A stretch of DNA of 64,000 bases, taken from positions 288,001-352,000 of the forward strand of contig CAVYQE010000002.1 of the NCBI GenBank assembly GCA_963770565.1, given 5' to 3'. The notes under the pieces were generated by a model. The model had not been told where the DNA came from and made no database searches. It saw nothing but the letters and a program-made list of their open reading frames with translations. The DNA is from an uncultured Actinomycetota bacterium (GTDB lineage Bacteria > Actinomycetota > Actinomycetes > JAFAQI01). Both the position numbers and the translations under genes were made by a program. This document shows positions 59,450 to 64,000 of the stretch, piece by piece (the stretch's first letter is position 1; every line of letters begins with the position of its first letter).

Positions 59450-62400
59450 ATGAGCGACGAGCCGGGTCGGATCATCGAGACCGGGCGGCGCACGACCTTC
59501 CGCGATGTCCTCGGGATCCATGAGTTCCGCGCGCTGTATCTCGCCCAGACCCTGAGCGTCGCCGGCGACCAAGTGGCCCGCATTGCAGTCGCGTCGATCG
59601 TGTTCCAGCGCACCCACTCCGCGCTGCTCACCGGCATCAGCTATGCGGTCACCTACCTCCCGTGGCTGATCGGCGGCCCGCTCGGATCGGTGTTCGCCGA
59701 CCGCCATCCGCGCCGGCACGTGATGATCGTCTGCGACACCCTGCGGATCCTGCTGGTGCTGCTGGTCGCGATCCCGGGGATGCCGACCGCACTCCTGCTG
59801 GTGCTGGTCACCATGGTGGCCTTCCTCGAGCCACCGTTCTCAGCGGCTCGGGCCGCCATGGTTCCGGACATCGTTGGCGAGGGCGACGCTTACGTCGCGG
59901 CGGCGACGCTGGGCAACTCGACGAACCAGCTCGCGGTCGTGGTCGGCTTCGCGGTCGGTGGTGCTCTGGTCGCACTCGTCGGCGCCCATGGCGCGCTGGT
60001 GGTCGACGCAGTGACCTTCGCGCTGTCCGCGCTGGTCGCCACCCGGTACGTCAGCCACCGCCCGGCAGCGATGGTCGAGCGCAGCCGCTGGCGCACCGAG
60101 ATCAGCGATGGCGCTCGCGTCGTCTTCCGCGACGCCAAGCTGCGCTGGCTCGTCGTCACGTCCTGGATCGTGGTCGGCACGGTCGTCGTCACCGAGGCGG
60201 TCGCCGTACCGTACGCGCGCTCTAGCGGCCACGGGGCCCTGGCGGCTGGCTTCCTCAGCGCCGCCGCCCCGCTCGGCATCGTCGTGGGCGCGTTGATCAT
60301 GGGCCGGGTCATGCGGCCCGAGACCGCCGAGCGGCTGATGCTGCCCACCGCACTGCTGGCGCCGGCGATTCTTGCCTTGACCGCGCTCAACTTGTCGCTG
60401 CCCGCCACCGGGGCGCTCTGGTGCGTCGCGGGCGCGATGAGCGCGATGACGGTGGTCGCAAACCGGGTCTTCGTGGTCTCGGTCCGGCACGAGCTGCGCG
60501 GCCGGGCGTTCGGAATCGCCGCGGCCGGCATCTCCGGCGCGCAGGGCATCGGCACGCTGATGGCCGGCCTGCTCACCTCGCACGTGGGCGTCACGCACGC
60601 CGTCGCGGACGTCGCACTGCCCGCTTTCGCCCTCATCGTCGTCTTCTCGGTCGGTTCTGCGTCCTTCAGGCAGCGTCAGCTTGGGTCGATATCGGATGTA
60701 TCGCCCCCGGAGGACGAGGACTTTGCCATGCCGGCACTGAAGCGCCGATCCGAGCTACGGGTCTGGACGCTCAACGCCGTGCTCGCAATCGTTGCCTTCG
60801 CAACCGCGCCACTGCTGCGGCACGACCACGCGTACGCCGGCCTGAACCTGCCCGCCTGGTGGGTGCTCTGCCTGTTCGTGCTGGGATTCGCCTTCCCGCT
60901 GCGGTTCGAATACCGCCAGCAGTCCTGGAACATCTACCTCGAGACCGTGCCGTTCGTGCTCGGTCTGCTGTTCCTCCCGCCGCTGATCCTGCTCGCCCTC
61001 CGGACCGGCGCCGTGGTCATCACCTATGCCATCCTCCGGCGGCAACCGGTGATCCGCAGCGCGTTCAACACCACCAGCGCGGCCTGCCACACCCTGGCCG
61101 GGATTTGGATGCTTCGACTGCTGGCACCCGATCACGCCGCTGCTCATCCATCGGTCTGGCCGGCCGTGTTCGCCGCGGTCATCTTCAGCGAGCTGGTATC
61201 CGGTTCCCTGGTCGCCCTGGTGATCTCCACCACGGACACGTCATGGCAGCTCAGGCAGAGCGTCCGGACCGCCATGATCGGCACCGGCGTGGCCACCGCG
61301 ATGGCCTTCCTCGGCCTGGCGATGGCGGCTGCGATCGACTACGACCAGGCGACCGCCTGGGCGATCACGGTCTTCGTGGTGCTCTCGATCGCCGGGCTGC
61401 AGACCTACCAGCGCCTGTCCGAGCGGGCCAACGCACTCGACCGGCTCTACGTGGTGGCCCGCGAGCTGAGCCCGACCGCGACCGGGCCGGCGGACCTGGC
61501 GCCGGCCCTCACCCAGCTACGCCGGATCATCAAGGCCGACTCGCTCGAGCTCGCGGCACCGTCCGGCAACGACGGCGAGTTCGCCACGGTCGTGAGCGTC
61601 TTCGACGACCCGACCAAGGGCGAGGGCACCAGCGTCTCCGAGCGACCGATCGGTGAAGGCTTCGACGCCATGTCGAGCGCCAACGCACCGAGCTCGCACT
61701 GGGCCTGGATCCCGCGACTCGGCCAGCGCCGGGCCACCCACATGCTGTCCACCCCGGTCAAGACCGGCGAACGCGTGCTCGGGCAGCTGACCGTCACGAA
61801 CCGGCCGGGTGAGTCCCAGGCCTTCGAGCGGGCCGACCTGCGGCTGTTGGAAGCGGCCGCCGACCAGATCGCCGCCGCGCTCGAGAAGGGCCGCCTGGTC
61901 GAGAGCCTGCGCCGGGCCGCGACGCTGGACAAGCTGACCGGCCTGGCCAACCTCGAGAGCCTGCGGTCCTTCCTTGACACCACCCTCGACGGCTCGGCCG
62001 GCGGCGTACTCGTCCTGCTCAACATCGACCGCTTCCACGAGGTCAACGACATGCTCGGCCACGACGCCGGCGACAGCGTGCTGGCCGAGGTCGCGCGCCG
62101 GCTCGAGAGCTCGCCCACACACGGCGCCCTCGTCGCGCGAGTCGGCGGCGACCAGTTCGCCCTGGCGATTCCTGGCGCTGCCGGCAGCGAAGTCGCCCGG
62201 CTGGCGGCGATGGCGGTCAAGTCCCGGGTGGACGGCTCGATCCGGTTCGCCGACGTCAGCGCCGACGTGCGGGTCACGATCGGCATCGCGCGCGCGCCCG
62301 ACCACGGCAGCGACGCCGCAACCCTGCTCCGGCGGGCCGAGATGGCGATGACCGCCGCCAAGGGCGGTACGTCGGGCATCGGCGAGTGGGAGCCGGACTA

Positions 62401-63205
62401 CGAGCGCGACGGCAGCCGGCGGCTCCAGTTGCTCGCCGGGCTTCGCACTGCCCTCGGCGACGGCGCGCTACGGGTCGCCTACCAGCCGAAGCTCCGACTG
62501 GGCAGCGGCGAGGTGACCGGCTTCGAGGCGCTCGTGCGGTGGAACCACCCGGAGCTCGGCCCGATCTCGCCGGCCGAGTTCGTCCCGCTCGCCGAAGCGA
62601 CCGGTCTGATCTCGGCACTGACCAGCACGGTGCTGCGGTCGGCGCTGACCACCTGCCGGTCCTGGCACGACGCCGGCAAGCCGGTGGGGATCGCGGTCAA
62701 CATCTCGGCCCGCAGTCTCGACGACTCGGTGCTGGTCGGACAGGTCGCGGCCATGCTGACCGCCAGCGGCCTCGAGCCCCGCTGGCTGACCTTGGAGATC
62801 ACCGAGAGCAGCGTCATGGAAGACCAGTCCCGCAGCGTCGACGTCCTGCGCGAGCTGCGGATGCTCGGCGTCCGGCTCTCGATCGACGACTTCGGCACCG
62901 GCTACTCCTCGCTGCACCAGCTGCGCGGGCTGCCGGTACACGAGGTGAAGATCGACCGAACCTTCGTCGAGACGGTCGACTCGGACGAAGCCGATCGCGC
63001 CGTGGTGCGGGCGGTGGTCGAGCTGTGTGACTCACTCGGCCTGGTCACGGTGGCCGAAGGCGTGGAGAAGGCCGCGCAGGCCTACGCGCTCGAGACCCTC
63101 GGAGTCGCGCAGGTGCAGGGCTACTTCCACGGTCGCCCGATGACCGAGGCGGCGGCGATGGAGTGGCTGCTGCCGCGCCGGGTCGCGTCGTTCGCGACCT
63201 TCTAG
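59450..63205 (+). CDS. MFS transporter fused to membrane sensor / GAF-like / GGDEF (degenerate) / EAL protein
   Basis: About 410 aa MFS (EFRALYLAQTLSVAGDQ, ADRHPRRHVMIVCD, LRGRAFG), then a multi-TM domain (LPAWWVLCLF...ETVPFVLGLLFLPP), DKLTGLAN, GGDQF, FEALVRW, DDFGTGYSSL. Confidence 0.88.
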   Translation: MSDEPGRIIETGRRTTFRDVLGIHEFRALYLAQTLSVAGDQVARIAVASIVFQRTHSALLTGISYAVTYLPWLIGGPLGSVFADRHPRRHVMIVCDTLRILLVLLVAIPGMPTALLLVLVTMVAFLEPPFSAARAAMVPDIVGEGDAYVAAATLGNSTNQLAVVVGFAVGGALVALVGAHGALVVDAVTFALSALVATRYVSHRPAAMVERSRWRTEISDGARVVFRDAKLRWLVVTSWIVVGTVVVTEAVAVPYARSSGHGALAAGFLSAAAPLGIVVGALIMGRVMRPETAERLMLPTALLAPAILALTALNLSLPATGALWCVAGAMSAMTVVANRVFVVSVRHELRGRAFGIAAAGISGAQGIGTLMAGLLTSHVGVTHAVADVALPAFALIVVFSVGSASFRQRQLGSISDVSPPEDEDFAMPALKRRSELRVWTLNAVLAIVAFATAPLLRHDHAYAGLNLPAWWVLCLFVLGFAFPLRFEYRQQSWNIYLETVPFVLGLLFLPPLILLALRTGAVVITYAILRRQPVIRSAFNTTSAACHTLAGIWMLRLLAPDHAAAHPSVWPAVFAAVIFSELVSGSLVALVISTTDTSWQLRQSVRTAMIGTGVATAMAFLGLAMAAAIDYDQATAWAITVFVVLSIAGLQTYQRLSERANALDRLYVVARELSPTATGPADLAPALTQLRRIIKADSLELAAPSGNDGEFATVVSVFDDPTKGEGTSVSERPIGEGFDAMSSANAPSSHWAWIPRLGQRRATHMLSTPVKTGERVLGQLTVTNRPGESQAFERADLRLLEAAADQIAAALEKGRLVESLRRAATLDKLTGLANLESLRSFLDTTLDGSAGGVLVLLNIDRFHEVNDMLGHDAGDSVLAEVARRLESSPTHGALVARVGGDQFALAIPGAAGSEVARLAAMAVKSRVDGSIRFADVSADVRVTIGIARAPDHGSDAATLLRRAEMAMTAAKGGTSGIGEWEPDYERDGSRRLQLLAGLRTALGDGALRVAYQPKLRLGSGEVTGFEALVRWNHPELGPISPAEFVPLAEATGLISALTSTVLRSALTTCRSWHDAGKPVGIAVNISARSLDDSVLVGQVAAMLTASGLEPRWLTLEITESSVMEDQSRSVDVLRELRMLGVRLSIDDFGTGYSSLHQLRGLPVHEVKIDRTFVETVDSDEADRAVVRAVVELCDSLGLVTVAEGVEKAAQAYALETLGVAQVQGYFHGRPMTEAAAMEWLLPRRVASFATF

Positions 63206-63306
63206 ATCTACCAGCGACTTGACTGAGGATGTTGACCGGTCCTGGCCTGCGCGCGGGCTGGTGGCGGCGCACCCAGCTCGACGATCTCGGCGAATCGACC
63301 GGGCCG

Positions 63307-63360
63307 GAAAATAGCGATGGGTTACGACCCGGCGCTGCAGCACCAACTCGTAACCCATCG
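63307..63360 (-). terminator. Intrinsic terminator-like hairpin between the convergent units
   Basis: Perfect 13-bp stem CGATGGGTTACGA (63315-27) / TCGTAACCCATCG (63348-60); CTATTTTC follows on the minus strand. Confidence 0.65.
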
Positions 63361-63424
63361 AACCGACCTGTCGTCACAATGGAGGACACGTCGTATCTGG
63401 TTTTAGCTTAGGAGAGCTCTCGGC

Positions 63425-63451
63425 TCAGCCCCAGCCCTGCGCGTTCTGCAC
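63425..63451 (-). CDS. Candidate micropeptide MQNAQGWG (MTVQNAQGWG if ATG 63457 is used)
   Basis: Minus strand reads GGAGGTG ATGACA GTG CAG AAC GCG CAG GGC TGG GGC TGA: full SD at optimal spacing, all codons G/C-ending, terminator downstream. Confidence 0.55.
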   Translation of the reverse strand: MQNAQGWG

Positions 63452-63719
63452 TGTCATCACCTCCGCCTCACTGGTTCGCTTGTCTTCGCGGTCCAGTGTG
63501 CGCCAGATGGAGCAGTCCCGGTAGGCCAGATGGCGGAATATCTTCGCACCAAATTCGGACATTCGGCTACAGCAGTCCACTAAACGGTCGTTCAATCCGC
63601 GGCAAACGGCTCAAGGTCACTACGCCATCTGCCGAATACCCGTTCGGCCGAGTGGTCTAACCATCGATCGGCCGGATGCAGCAGTCGGCCGACCGACCGA
63701 CCCGAACCCGTGAACTTGC

Positions 63720-64000
63720 CTAGCTGAGGTAACTCACGGCCCGCGCGAACACGGCGTCGAGCATTGGCTCGGTCAGCTTGCCGGTGAAGGTGTTCTGCTG
63801 GCTCGGGTGGTACGAGCCGATCAGCAACAGGTCCCGGTCCGTGCGTACCTGTGCGAGGTGCCCGAACCGCACGCGTGGCGACGGCAGGCCATGTCCGAGC
63901 TCGGCAAGCACCGGCCACAGCGCGTTCCAGGCGAACCCGCCGAGCGCGACGATCGCCTGCAGTGTCGGCGCGAGCAGTGAGAGCTCGCGCACCAGCCACG
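63720..64000 (-). CDS. udgB: Uracil-DNA glycosylase family 5, 3' part
   Basis: IVALGGFAW, SYHPSQQNTFTGKLT. Confidence 0.88.
   Translation of the reverse strand, partial: WLVRELSLLAPTLQAIVALGGFAWNALWPVLAELGHGLPSPRVRFGHLAQVRTDRDLLLIGSYHPSQQNTFTGKLTEPMLDAVFARAVSYLS

Noticed and set aside
63229-63411. 60-aa plus-strand ORF (and MEDTSYLVLA) after the EAL gene
   Set aside because: Runs through the terminator hairpin, has no convincing RBS, and has atypical codons; the minus-strand micro-ORF is better supported.
1-64000. Many long overlapping or antisense ORFs in the six-frame track (e.g. 15119-16705, 20743-22257, 28371-29921, 57866-59422)
   Set aside because: Expected in high-GC DNA where stops are rare; each lies opposite or out of frame to a gene with clear family motifs.

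Overview
High-GC actinobacterial chromosome segment; it carries mycothiol amidase mca, an F420-type PPOX enzyme and a bldA-type tRNA-Leu(UAA). The backbone is a familiar core region: ispH, xseA/xseB, DUF4245, glpX, fumC, PhoH2, a cis-prenyltransferase (frameshifted), pckG, yyaL, mca, greA, metB, cbs, thiolase, tRNA-Leu, ndh and udgB. The main accessory features are four. (1) A 1251-aa MFS transporter fused in frame to a membrane-sensor/GGDEF/EAL protein lies convergent with an unannotated 8-codon ORF (MQNAQGWG) that has a perfect RBS and its own terminator; this is a candidate peptide-export/c-di-GMP signalling system. (2) A ~7 kb ApbE flavinylation/extracytoplasmic redox cluster has likely substrates that are disordered TG[AG]S-tailed proteins; both arms share a 12-bp upstream motif and the cluster is bracketed by two 100-bp MITE-like repeats. 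(3) A ~3 kb integrase-less island is inserted in the CHWCHV codons of yyaL, supplies a replacement 5' end, and has arm-site-like repeats at both ends. (4) An ~85-bp triple-palindrome intergenic repeat occurs three times. All calls come from reading the sequence and recalling motifs; no database search was run.
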